This document shows positions 36,378-45,179 of a stretch of 47,558 nucleotides of DNA, piece by piece. The notes below the pieces were generated by a model. It ran no database searches and was not told the DNA's origin. It saw nothing but the letters and a program-made list of their open reading frames with translations. The stretch is from UHGV virus genome UHGV-1376407. One strand, written 5' to 3'. Source of the DNA: a virus. How positions within the stretch are numbered: position 1 is the first letter of the stretch; each line of letters opens with the position of its first letter. The position numbers were made by a program, and so were the translations under genes.

Positions 36378-36668
36378 ATGAAATGTGTCATTTTCGAGCT
36401 TGATGGCGTGCTGCGCGATTCGGAAGGAAATGCTATTGCTGGCAACGTTGCGCTGGCTAAGTCGCTCTACTCTGCCGGGCATGATGTACTTATCATGAGA
36501 GCAAAGCATGCGTATGAGTGGCTGCATGCTAACGATATTTTCTATGATGACATCATGGCTTCGCACCAGCAGATTGACGCTGACAGGGTGGCAATGGCGG
36601 TCGTGTCTGATGACGTGATTTATGCAGCCATGCGCAATGCGGGGATTCACTGCTGGCTTTACAAATAA
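36378..36668 (+). CDS. mini HAD-like protein (motif I FELDGVL, possible motif IV VVSDD)
   Basis: 96-aa moron with own promoter. N-terminal DxDG-like motif typical of HAD phosphatases, with Glu in place of the first Asp. Confidence 0.4.
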   Translation: MKCVIFELDGVLRDSEGNAIAGNVALAKSLYSAGHDVLIMRAKHAYEWLHANDIFYDDIMASHQQIDADRVAMAVVSDDVIYAAMRNAGIHCWLYK

Positions 36669-36681
36669 TTTATTATAAATG

Positions 36682-36710
36682 TTGACGTGGATTCGTGGTT
36701 GATGTAGATT
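36682..36710 (+). promoter_or_regulatory. box promoter (TTGACG -35, 17 bp, TAGATT -10) with AT-rich UP-like region
   Basis: TTGACGTGGATTCGTGGTTGATGTAGATT. Confidence 0.6.
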
Positions 36711-36730
36711 GTAGTCATTGAGGTGGCGCG

Positions 36731-37081
36731 ATGCCGAAGATAAGCGAAAAAATCAAAATGGAAAACATCCTGAACCAGTTCAAAAAAGTAGCACCGTTCA
36801 TCGTTGAGGGTGTTGAGGCGCGGGTTACTGCTGAAATGACTGACGCGGAAGTGATGGTAGTTATCCATGAAGAAATCATGACTTTCTTCCAGAGGCAGCA
36901 GCAGATGACCAATGAATACCTGGCATTTGACGAAGATAAGCGCTCCACCTTTGCTGCGGTAATGTATGAAATCCTTACGCCGATGGCTGCCAGTTTTAAA
37001 GGTGGAATCAACCAGAAATACGCTGAATACGTTGAGAAAACAGGAAAAACTGGCGCGTTTAATTTTATCATCAATGCATAA
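36731..37081 (+). CDS. hypothetical protein (moron with own promoter)
   Basis: RBS GAGGTGG. 116 aa, acidic. Followed by a weak hairpin at 37088-37112. Confidence 0.45.
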   Translation: MPKISEKIKMENILNQFKKVAPFIVEGVEARVTAEMTDAEVMVVIHEEIMTFFQRQQQMTNEYLAFDEDKRSTFAAVMYEILTPMAASFKGGINQKYAEYVEKTGKTGAFNFIINA

Positions 37082-37110
37082 CCATGCCGCCCCGGCAACG
37101 GGGCTTCATC

Positions 37111-38535
37111 TTATCTCCTGCTCCTCCTAATCCAACCAGAGCCGCGCTGTACGATGTAGTCATTTAACGCATAACGTACCGCATCCCAATAGTGGTTGTA
37201 TTTATCAACGATTTCAGTAAGCACAAGGCCTGTATTCTTGTCGACCTTGTGGCTGTACATCGCAGCCTCGTTTTTCATTTCCGTGCATCTGTCGTGAATG
37301 ATGATGTTGTCACAACCCCTTAGCCACGTTATGCCGTCCTCGACGCTGCCTGGCCACTTGTTGCAGGGATGAATGTCAAAGCCAGCGCGCTTGATGTGGC
37401 TGATGGTTTCCGGCCTTGAGGAGTCGGCATACCATCGAGCCTTGCGTGCCATCGGAAATGCCTGGTCCATTGCTGCCGGATGGTCGGTAATCTCAAGATG
37501 AACCTTGCCATACTCACGATTAATATAAATGTTGCGCCGGTCGCCGGATAGATTTTCCACCCAAACCTCAACCATTGCGGCAGGGTCGCCACTGAAACCG
37601 AAGTCCATTCCGTGATATGGGCCATGCCATTCAGGATTGACCTCAAACGATGCTGTGCGCCATTTACCACCAAACACCTGCTCATCGCTGCGTTTGTTGA
37701 ATTTACCTTCCCAAATCCAGAGATAGCGGTCGAAGTCGACTGCCTTCATTTTCTCCATGGATGCCGGGAGCGGGGTGTCATAAAACCACGGGTTGTCTCG
37801 GTAATTACACTCAATGATTAATGTGTCATCATCCTCATAGATGCCGTCGACCATCTTGTTGTAATAGGGCGCCACCCACTGAGTCCATGTGGCATCGGTT
37901 TCTTTATTGGGGTTAAACGTCACCCATATCTCAGACCCTTCCGCTCGGATGGTCGGCTCAAGGATATCCCACGATGCCTGGCTGACGTTTTCAGCTTCTT
38001 CCACCCATGCTTTCGATATCCCGGCAAAGCCCTTGACGCCTGTGATGTTGCGATAAAGGCCACGGAACCTGAATTTTGATTTCGTTCGCTTGTGGGTTAT
38101 CTTGCCGTCGATGCAGCGATATTCTGATGATTCGCCTTTGCGGTCGATTTCATCTACCAGCTCCTGATAGCTGGAGTCCTCGATAGACTGCTGAATTTCG
38201 CGGAAGCAGCCAATACGCTCAGGCCTGAATCGCGCGGACTCGGTGAGTATGGTTGCCACGGTGCGGGTCTTTGTTGATGCACGACCGCCAAAGACGACCT
38301 TATTACGCTTCGGATAAAGCAGCCTTTCGAGTTTTGCGGGGATTAAATGGTCGGCCTGCGTGGTTGCATGGGTGACATCCTCCACGCCGTTAGCGGTCAT
38401 TCTGAGGCGCTTGATGACGTTCTTCTGCATATCGCAGATGCCGAATATAGCCGACTCGGCAACATCGGTCAGCGCATCATCCACCTGCGACTCCAGCTTT
38501 TCGATTGCCAGTGCAGAGAGGCGTTTACGAGCCAT
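37111..38535 (-). CDS. terminase large subunit
   Basis: 474 aa. Walker A-like VVFGGRASTKTRT. Overlaps the small-subunit gene. Positioned upstream of the portal block. Confidence 0.75.
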   Translation of the reverse strand: MARKRLSALAIEKLESQVDDALTDVAESAIFGICDMQKNVIKRLRMTANGVEDVTHATTQADHLIPAKLERLLYPKRNKVVFGGRASTKTRTVATILTESARFRPERIGCFREIQQSIEDSSYQELVDEIDRKGESSEYRCIDGKITHKRTKSKFRFRGLYRNITGVKGFAGISKAWVEEAENVSQASWDILEPTIRAEGSEIWVTFNPNKETDATWTQWVAPYYNKMVDGIYEDDDTLIIECNYRDNPWFYDTPLPASMEKMKAVDFDRYLWIWEGKFNKRSDEQVFGGKWRTASFEVNPEWHGPYHGMDFGFSGDPAAMVEVWVENLSGDRRNIYINREYGKVHLEITDHPAAMDQAFPMARKARWYADSSRPETISHIKRAGFDIHPCNKWPGSVEDGITWLRGCDNIIIHDRCTEMKNEAAMYSHKVDKNTGLVLTEIVDKYNHYWDAVRYALNDYIVQRGSGWIRRSRR

Positions 38536-38974
38536 TCGCGCTCTCCATCACCTTCTCAAGCCGCTCCAGCCTCTCGGCAAGCTCAGTAAGCTCTTTGACG
38601 TCAAGGCCAACCTTAATCATTGATACAACCTGAGACGCAACATCAATGGGAAGCTCACCAAGCGAGACTGACTGAATGACATCTTCAATCTGCTGCACCG
38701 GTGTTGCACCCTTCTGATATTTGAACTCAACAGGAGGGGCCATTGTCTTCTGCATGGGGCTGATGCGAAGAAATATTTCTTTCAGCATTTGGACGCCCTG
38801 AGTTGGATTTTCCTCCACCATTCTGATTGACGTGCGAATGAATGCGTCAAGAAACTCCTCTTCACCCATCCCGCAGCGCTTTAGTGCTTCTATTAACCTG
38901 TTTCTATAGCTTAAACCTCTTCCTGCTGGCTGGTATTCAGCAGAAAACTTCATAATCGGATTTGGATTTGCCAT
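38525..38974 (-). CDS. putative terminase small subunit
   Basis: 149-aa gene directly upstream of and overlapping the large terminase gene. Confidence 0.45.
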   Translation of the reverse strand: MANPNPIMKFSAEYQPAGRGLSYRNRLIEALKRCGMGEEEFLDAFIRTSIRMVEENPTQGVQMLKEIFLRISPMQKTMAPPVEFKYQKGATPVQQIEDVIQSVSLGELPIDVASQVVSMIKVGLDVKELTELAERLERLEKVMESANGS

Positions 38975-39025
38975 GTCGTTTTCGTCTTTTCGTAAACCGA
39001 ATACAAGTATATTAACACATGGCGT

Positions 39026-39055
39026 AGATAAAAAAGAACCCGCCGAAGCGGGTTA
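39026..39055 (-). terminator. rho-independent terminator (AACCCGC-TTCG-GCGGGTT + TTTTTT on - strand), adjacent to a GGCGTAGATAAA box
   Basis: Hairpin immediately after the stop of the 39053 gene, before the terminase genes. Confidence 0.65.
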
Positions 39056-39250
39056 AAGGGTGGTGGGTGATGATTGATGAGATGATTGTACATCAGTTTT
39101 CGCATAACACCAAACATTACAGTCATTGCTTTGAACGTGAACCACCTCAATAGCATCAGGAAAGGCTTTGGCGATTGCTGCTATGAAGTGGTCGACTCCT
39201 TCAATCTGCGCATCCTTCCACACCTCCTGCTTTGATTTTTGCGGCATCAC
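39053..39250 (-). CDS. hypothetical protein
   Basis: ORF (GTG or ATG start overlapping the upstream stop as TGATG). Confidence 0.4.
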   Translation of the reverse strand: MMPQKSKQEVWKDAQIEGVDHFIAAIAKAFPDAIEVVHVQSNDCNVWCYAKTDVQSSHQSSPTTL

Positions 39251-39405
39251 TGATACCTCGTCGTTGAGTACATATACCGAAGCATGCTGTTATGCTCAAC
39301 AACCAGCATCATGCTGCCAACCTGAATGACGGAATGATGTTTTCCGGTATCCTCATAAAGAAAATCAGCCTCTTCGCATGCGGCCTGAATATCGCTCCAC
39401 AGCAT
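39247..39405 (-). CDS. small hypothetical protein (52 aa), coupled
   Basis: ATG 3 nt after the upstream stop. Its stop overlaps the next start. Not in the ORF track. Confidence 0.3.
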   Translation of the reverse strand: MLWSDIQAACEEADFLYEDTGKHHSVIQVGSMMLVVEHNSMLRYMYSTTRYQ

Positions 39406-39408
39406 AAA

Positions 39409-39501
39409 TCACCTCAAGATAAAGTAGACAGCTAACGCCATAGCAATCCAGAATGCAGCTACCGCTGCGGAGATTAAGCGGCGGATGATGTAGGGTTTCA
39501 T
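39409..39501 (-). CDS. small membrane peptide (30 aa, one TM), ATGA-coupled
   Basis: MKPYIIRRLISAAVAAFWIAMALAVYFILR. Start overlaps the stop of the 287-aa gene. Confidence 0.25.
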   Translation of the reverse strand: MKPYIIRRLISAAVAAFWIAMALAVYFILR

Positions 39502-40361
39502 GGTTTAGTCTCCTGTGGCGCTGCTGGCATAGGCATCCAGTGGGTGACGTGCTCGCCGTAATAGTTCCAGAATGGTGTAAACTCATCATCACCTTTATCT
39601 GGTACATTCCAGTAGTCGTGATTCACCCGGTTGTTGAGCGTTTCGAATACCAGATATTCGTAACTCCCCGGATTATTCTCTGGCATCCTCTCACTTACCG
39701 GAATCCATTTACCCGGAGCTGGCTGCGCAGCTTCATCCACCGAAAATGGCAATACATCTTCGTGAACCAGTTCCTGTGCCGACAGATTGTCAAGCGCCTT
39801 GATAACGCAAGGGTCATCAAAAATATTGAGCGCCTCAGCCAATGCGCCAACAACCTGATACGATTCTGCGAAAATGCGTGACATATCGTTTTCCCGATCC
39901 GCTGGCTGCGCGTGGCGATAGAGCGGCGCTATGTTTCGCTCGAGGTCGGTAATGACGCTCCAAATAGGTACTGACTCAACGCCTTGTTTCGCCATATCAC
40001 GATAACTGTCAGCATACGCCAGCACAGGATTGCGATCCGGCTCGCTGTCCGCTATCGGCTGCACTAGCGGCATATCTGGACCTTTGCGAATAGCTTTTGC
40101 CAGTTCTATGGGGTCATCGTAAAGCCAGTCTCCGGTCTCAGGGTGATTGGCTTCTGCCAGTCGAGAGGCCCAATCCAGACCGTCTTTGTGCCCCTGCAGA
40201 TAGTCGAGTGGCAGACACTCAGACTCGCTGTGCATTGCGGACAGCGCCATGCGGGCCACTCGCTTGAGAATCTCTATGTCGGAAAATCCAAGACGATAGC
40301 CAACCTTTAAATCGAATACGGCCTGAATGCTTTCCTCTCTGGTTATGGTTGATTTGGTCAT
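39498..40361 (-). CDS. hypothetical protein with C-terminal DUF551-like domain
   Basis: C-terminus KWIPVSERMPENNPGSYEYLVFE resembles the DUF551 phage domain. Confidence 0.45.
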   Translation of the reverse strand: MTKSTITREESIQAVFDLKVGYRLGFSDIEILKRVARMALSAMHSESECLPLDYLQGHKDGLDWASRLAEANHPETGDWLYDDPIELAKAIRKGPDMPLVQPIADSEPDRNPVLAYADSYRDMAKQGVESVPIWSVITDLERNIAPLYRHAQPADRENDMSRIFAESYQVVGALAEALNIFDDPCVIKALDNLSAQELVHEDVLPFSVDEAAQPAPGKWIPVSERMPENNPGSYEYLVFETLNNRVNHDYWNVPDKGDDEFTPFWNYYGEHVTHWMPMPAAPQETKP

Positions 40362-40786
40362 TTGTCTGCCCCCTCGCGCAGCTTAGAGGAGTGGGCGCGC
40401 AACACGTTGATTGCATCGCTGACGCCAGGAGCCTGGTGATTCAGCATAATCATGATGGTTTTAATTCCTGACTCCACCCCATCAGCCTTAACCCCGGCTA
40501 CGATGCGATCGGTGGCGGGGGTTGGTTCTTGCGGTGATACAGCAATACGGATGGTTTCAAGGGCCGGGTCTGTTTCAACTGTCGGCACTTTGATATAACC
40601 CAACTGCACCCCGTTCATGATGAACATACGGCGATCATCACTAATTGCCTTCATCCACGAGTTCTCCGCAGCCAGCTGCACGCACAGCTTTGCAACCCCG
40701 AGGTATTTTTCCTCTTTGATTGAGAGTTCACCGCTGCTCTCAAGGTTTTTAATAATTTCCTGAACTTCGTTAATTTCGATATCCAT
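40358..40786 (-). CDS. hypothetical protein
   Basis: Coupled ORF, 142 aa. Confidence 0.4.
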   Translation of the reverse strand: MDIEINEVQEIIKNLESSGELSIKEEKYLGVAKLCVQLAAENSWMKAISDDRRMFIMNGVQLGYIKVPTVETDPALETIRIAVSPQEPTPATDRIVAGVKADGVESGIKTIMIMLNHQAPGVSDAINVLRAHSSKLREGADK

Positions 40787-40792
40787 AGATCC

Positions 40793-41071
40793 TCACTTAA
40801 CCGCCTGTAAACGCTCAAGCTCACGCATCAGCGCAGATACCCGGCGTTGCCGCAAAGTCTCTGCATGCTCTTTTGCCTGTTGCTCATCAAGCCAGTATTC
40901 ACCACGTTTAAAGTAAACATCGCCAACCACTGCTACTTGCCCATCTGCGAATAGCTGTGCTCTTTCGTACTTCTGAATACCCCTGGTCAGCGCGTACTTC
41001 GTGACCCATATAGTCTCAGCGCTTGCCGCGTTAGCGATAACCAGTAAAACCACTGCCAGTAATTTATTCAT
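40793..41071 (-). CDS. small secreted protein (signal peptide)
   Basis: MNKLLAVVLLVIANAASAET signal peptide. Confidence 0.45.
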   Translation of the reverse strand: MNKLLAVVLLVIANAASAETIWVTKYALTRGIQKYERAQLFADGQVAVVGDVYFKRGEYWLDEQQAKEHAETLRQRRVSALMRELERLQAVK

Positions 41072-41086
41072 CGTTGCTAAACCGGT

Positions 41087-41281
41087 TTAGTTTGCACCAG
41101 AAGACACGATAACCTGCTCAAGCGTTCGTTGCTTGCCTTCGCCACTAAAAACGCGACAGACTCGCTTACCGTTGCTGTATGCATGCATTGCCTTCGCCAT
41201 CATGAAGTTTTGCGCTTTAACGGCGCCCATATCTGGTTCCAGTTGAGTGCGTGTGTAGATTGCTTTGGTCATGATTACCAC
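41087..41281 (-). CDS. hypothetical protein
   Basis: ORF in the - early/middle operon. Confidence 0.35.
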   Translation of the reverse strand: MVIMTKAIYTRTQLEPDMGAVKAQNFMMAKAMHAYSNGKRVCRVFSGEGKQRTLEQVIVSSGAN

Positions 41282-41484
41282 TCCGCGATGAGTACAGGGT
41301 TGATTGCGCGACGTTCAAACGCTTCTATGTTTTGATACGAATAAATATTAATGAATTTTTTTGAAATGCGAATTTTTTCTTTATTCTCGTAAATCCATGG
41401 ACTGATGGCAACCATGCCATCATGAATAAGAAATCCACTTTCTACCCCATCAATCTCATCTACTGCCTTATAAAGCTTTGCCAT
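41275..41484 (-). CDS. hypothetical protein (first gene after - strand box promoter)
   Basis: RBS GAGGTG. Confidence 0.4.
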   Translation of the reverse strand: MAKLYKAVDEIDGVESGFLIHDGMVAISPWIYENKEKIRISKKFINIYSYQNIEAFERRAINPVLIAEW

Positions 41485-41515
41485 TCTTCATCACCTCTTC
41501 GTTGTTGGTGTGGTA

Positions 41516-41544
41516 ACTATACGATGGCGCTCAATCTACGTCAA
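41516..41544 (-). promoter_or_regulatory. box promoter on - strand (TTGACG -35, 17 bp, TATAGT -10; TTGACGTAGATTGAGCGCCATCGTATAGT)
   Basis: Same architecture as the promoter at 18561; drives the leftward operon. Confidence 0.6.
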
Positions 41545-41586
41545 TATGATGGTGAAAATAAATATAACACTGTGAATTAATCCAGT

Positions 41587-41663
41587 GTTCCCGCTGTTCC
41601 CGGCAGTTCCCGCGCGAGTTCCCGCGATTTATTGTTATAAATCAACGAGTTCCCGAGTTCCCA
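41587..41663 (+). repeat. six direct GTTCCC(G/A) iterons (left arm of putative origin)
   Basis: GTTCCCG at 41587, 41596, 41606, 41618, 41649; GTTCCCA at 41657. Confidence 0.8.
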
Positions 41664-41764
41664 GTTTTTTCCTTAAAAATTAATTTTTCCAAAAATGATG
41701 AAATTAATTTTTTCTAGTAAAAACAACAGCATATATTAAAGGTATATATTACTTTTTTACTAGA
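41664..41764. other. AT-rich putative DNA unwinding element between iteron arms
   Basis: About 100 bp at roughly 85% AT with internal repeats AATTAATTTTT (x2) and TATATATTA. Confidence 0.5.
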
Positions 41765-41852
41765 GGAATTCCCTGGGAACTCGGGAACTCCTCTGCAATC
41801 CTTGGTGCGCGCGGCCTGAGAGTTCCCAGATGGGCGGGAACTCCTGGGAACT
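41765..41852 (-). repeat. inverted-orientation GGGAAC iterons (right arm), including palindromes GGAATTCCC and AGTTCCC-N8-GGGAACT
   Basis: GGGAAC at 41775, 41783, 41836, 41846. GTTCCCA at 41822 facing GGGAAC 41836. Confidence 0.8.
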
Positions 41853-41913
41853 GGTTAAAACTTGAACTATTGGCGCGCTGTATGATGCTAGGCGCTTCTG
41901 TTGATTAAAGAGT

Positions 41914-41942
41914 TTGCGCGAGTGCAGATTGTTCAGTACAAT
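41914..41942 (+). promoter_or_regulatory. sigma70 promoter for replication operon (TTGCGC -35, 17 bp, TACAAT -10)
   Basis: Exact 17-bp spacing. Followed by strong RBS AGGAGGAAG and the 41969 gene. Confidence 0.5.
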
Positions 41943-41968
41943 TTGCATAACGCAAGAAGAAGGAGGAA

Positions 41969-42250
41969 GTGATGCACGCAGAAGGCTCAAAGATGAAGTT
42001 CGTTTATGACCACCTTTCCGCTATGAAGAGCGGGGAGGTGATATCCGTACATTTCGAAAATGATTTATCAGATGCAGTAGTCAGGGGTTACAAAGAGGAA
42101 TGTGGCTTATCTGATATCCCGCCAGAGTATCGAATGAACAGAAACATGTTCCGCTCTTATGCTGCAAAGATCGCAATTGCGCATAACATGAACATCAAAA
42201 CAAAAAACGGGCCAATGGGTAAATTCCTGTACATCTGGAAGGTTTGCTGA
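41969..42250 (+). CDS. hypothetical protein (first gene of replication operon)
   Basis: Strong RBS AAGGAGGAAG. Confidence 0.45.
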   Translation: MMHAEGSKMKFVYDHLSAMKSGEVISVHFENDLSDAVVRGYKEECGLSDIPPEYRMNRNMFRSYAAKIAIAHNMNIKTKNGPMGKFLYIWKVC

Positions 42251-43899
42251 TGAATACATACGAAATTATCGCCATGAAGAAATCAGTTGGTAAATTTGAT
42301 TCATCAACAGACCCGCTGGATGAGGCTGACATTCCTGAATTCAGGGAAAAATACAAGATTCCTCCAGGTTCGCTTGGCGAGTTCATCCAGGAGATAGAGA
42401 AAAACTTCGAGCGCCGTGACGATGGGGAAAAATATAGACTTGTTGGAGCGCTTGGCCTTGCTCAGATAATGGCGGGCAGATTTATTATTGGCCCGACAGG
42501 TAGCAAGTGCTCAACTGGCATTTTCCTTGTGGCTCGATCTGGTGCTGGTAAGCAGGCTCCGGTAAGTTTTATAAAACAATATGCCGAAGCTCTGATGATA
42601 AGCGACCGCCTTTGCACCACGACTGCAACATCATTAAAGCAGATACAGACAAGCATGATTGAAGGTGATGGCTCTCTGCTTTACGTGGTAAACGATGATA
42701 AGCAGCACATTGACTCATGGAATGACCCTCGAAGCGCCTATCTTGGAGGAACTGCCCCGTGGTATCGCGGTTTATCTGATGAGGGTGGGTGGGTCCCGAC
42801 AAGGACAATAATCAGGGATATCGAGGAGAATATGGCTAAAGCCATGAACCCAAAAACGATAGTCAGCGTTGCGATGGCAGAGGGTTGGATTGTTCCGCGT
42901 ATTGGCGGAGCGCAGGATGGGATGATTGATTATAAAAGATTGTCTCAGATGGATCACAGCGTAGGTAGAAACCTGAAAAAAGTCATGGCGGAGCATGAAT
43001 TATGCACGCGAGATGGAGGGATTGAGAACGCGCGATTTATTCCGCTAATCACTGTAACGCCGGTTCAGGGTATTGATGCTGTAAGGTCATGGCAGAAAGA
43101 TGGCGGCATGGGAAGGACGTTGTTTATTCTTGGTCATGGAGATGACGAGGAAATGCCATTGCTCAAAAGAGAGCAGCCATCAGGTGAGGTCAACAGGAGA
43201 ATAGTGAATGAGTGGAAGCAAAGAATCCTTCGCTCAATAACCCGCGTTGAATTTGAAAGCGAAAAGGTAAATGACAGACGTTATGAGCTCACCTGCCATC
43301 TTGAAAAATGTCTTGGGAATGTGGATGGCGTAATTGGCGATGTTGTCCCGCGCGCCGGGCAGATGATTGTAGACCTTGCCTCGATATGCGCATTTGCAGA
43401 CCTTTCCAGCCGTAATGGGATGACGCCTGTTTTATGCGACAGGCATCTTGAATGGGCATATATGACAGTCATTAACCATCTGCGCGCACTTCGTGATTAT
43501 ATCGAAGGTGACGTTGCATTTAGCGGTCTTGAAGAGGACGAGTGGGAGAATATCATAGCCAAAATGAGAAAGGTGATGGCAGGGAAGAAGTTTATTAACA
43601 AGCCTTACACGTCCGTCCTGAAAAGCGGATTATGTCGCGGAAGAATTGAGACAATCATCAAAGCGGCGAATTCAAATCATCTACAGGTGACGCCTGACAG
43701 ATTCATTTCTGAGGTTCTGGTTTCCATTACAGAAAATCGGCACTCACCTATCGATCTTGAGGTATCTGCTATTAATGGTGGGTCAAAAATCGTCTTCAGG
43801 GATGAAGGGTCATGGTCTGGTCTGCGAATGAATGCCTCTGTAAGAAACATACTTTCGTCTGCTGTTAACAGGATGAAATTCATGAGAGGTCTGAAATGA
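42244..43899 (+). CDS. putative replication protein (551 aa, possible P-loop ARSGAGKQ)
   Basis: Large ORF next to the iteron origin, coupled to its neighbours. Confidence 0.4.
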   Translation: MLMNTYEIIAMKKSVGKFDSSTDPLDEADIPEFREKYKIPPGSLGEFIQEIEKNFERRDDGEKYRLVGALGLAQIMAGRFIIGPTGSKCSTGIFLVARSGAGKQAPVSFIKQYAEALMISDRLCTTTATSLKQIQTSMIEGDGSLLYVVNDDKQHIDSWNDPRSAYLGGTAPWYRGLSDEGGWVPTRTIIRDIEENMAKAMNPKTIVSVAMAEGWIVPRIGGAQDGMIDYKRLSQMDHSVGRNLKKVMAEHELCTRDGGIENARFIPLITVTPVQGIDAVRSWQKDGGMGRTLFILGHGDDEEMPLLKREQPSGEVNRRIVNEWKQRILRSITRVEFESEKVNDRRYELTCHLEKCLGNVDGVIGDVVPRAGQMIVDLASICAFADLSSRNGMTPVLCDRHLEWAYMTVINHLRALRDYIEGDVAFSGLEEDEWENIIAKMRKVMAGKKFINKPYTSVLKSGLCRGRIETIIKAANSNHLQVTPDRFISEVLVSITENRHSPIDLEVSAINGGSKIVFRDEGSWSGLRMNASVRNILSSAVNRMKFMRGLK

Positions 43900-44252
43900 A
43901 AGTTAACACTCGTGTTACTGCTGCCCTTTATTACGCCATGTCAGGCACTCATGATGGCATGTGGTTCGGATTGCAAGGTGCGGCAGACCAGTGTCTATTT
44001 GATGCGTCAGTGTTTCATTCGGAGGTGATGGATCTTACCCAGGAGTGCTTTAATGGTCATTATTTCCTTTGCTTCAAACGTGGGGTGACGTCTCATGAGA
44101 ATGACTGGAGAGCCATTGCCACTAATTTGATTTATCGCCATGACGGCGCTCACCAGGTACATGCGTGTGGCAAATCAAACACAAAAAACAGAGCGATAAG
44201 ACACTGTTGCAAAGCTATGGATGCAGCCATCAAAAAATACAATCTTGATTAA
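43896..44252 (+). CDS. hypothetical Cys/His-rich protein
   Basis: ATGA coupling; 118 aa. Confidence 0.45.
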   Translation: MKVNTRVTAALYYAMSGTHDGMWFGLQGAADQCLFDASVFHSEVMDLTQECFNGHYFLCFKRGVTSHENDWRAIATNLIYRHDGAHQVHACGKSNTKNRAIRHCCKAMDAAIKKYNLD

Positions 44253-44286
44253 CAAAAACCCTCCATCAGGAGGGTTTGTTTTTTAG
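44253..44286. terminator. bidirectional terminator (AAACCCTCC-ATCA-GGAGGGTTT + TTTTTT)
   Basis: Strong hairpin between convergent genes. The primase stop codon lies in the loop. Confidence 0.8.
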
Positions 44287-45159
44287 TGCTTCGAATAAAT
44301 CACCAGGTGTGTAAAGCCTTTTCCTTATAGCGCCGCTGTAACGAATATCCTGCCCGTCATCGGTAATCAGTATCGGCAGACCTGCATTCTCTGCGGCGCA
44401 TACCTCATCGAAATTATTATTAATGATGCAGCGCAGTTTTTCTCGCTGCTCACCGCTGACATTGCGTACAATTTCCCACATGTTTTCAGGAGACCAGCAA
44501 CACCAGACATGAGCACCGGTAAGCCGATGCGCTCTCCATGCGTCAAAGTAATCTGCAACCAGGTATGTCCACTCTGTCTTGTCGCCGATGGGTGTCACTG
44601 CGCCGCGTGTAAGCCTTCCGCGAGTGTACTCATGACTGAAACCCGCGCGAAATGACACGCTTTCATCGTCAGCAATGAATGCCACATTGCACGGCATCAT
44701 AGTTCCAGCCATGTAGAGCGGTATCGCCACCAGTTCACCAGTTTTGCCGGTTATGGTGTCATTTCCTGCTTTTTCCAAGATGGACGCCACTTCTGCCTCT
44801 GTTAGGTAGTCAGAAGCATGGTTGACCTTCGGGAGCTGCTTTCTAATCGCCTCAAGTTTTTCGCGTGGGTGCATGTTAAGAAACCCGGCCAATGCCTCCA
44901 TTGACTCCGGAAAAGTCATTCCTGACAGCTTCATTAACCAGGCGATGCCGCTGCCGTTTCCGCACTGGTTGCAGATGGCGCCGCCGTCACCTTTTGTTTC
45001 GAAGTTGTTATCCCACCTAAACCTGTCCTTACCCATGCAATGAGGGCATGGCTGATGCTTTCCATTAAAAACATTCCTGTCAATATTCACTATTGAGAGT
45101 AGAGCAGCCTCCCAGTTTCCTGCCATTAAAGGCTCTATATCCTTCCAGTCGTATCGCAT
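44266..45159 (-). CDS. DNA primase (zinc-ribbon plus Toprim-like)
   Basis: N-terminal zinc ribbon HQPCPHCMGKDRFRWDN...CNQCGNGSG (primase/P4-alpha type). Acidic ILITDDGQD Toprim-like motif. Confidence 0.65.
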   Translation of the reverse strand: MRYDWKDIEPLMAGNWEAALLSIVNIDRNVFNGKHQPCPHCMGKDRFRWDNNFETKGDGGAICNQCGNGSGIAWLMKLSGMTFPESMEALAGFLNMHPREKLEAIRKQLPKVNHASDYLTEAEVASILEKAGNDTITGKTGELVAIPLYMAGTMMPCNVAFIADDESVSFRAGFSHEYTRGRLTRGAVTPIGDKTEWTYLVADYFDAWRAHRLTGAHVWCCWSPENMWEIVRNVSGEQREKLRCIINNNFDEVCAAENAGLPILITDDGQDIRYSGAIRKRLYTPGDLFEALKNKPS

Positions 45160-45179
45160 AATTTAACCTTGATTATTGC

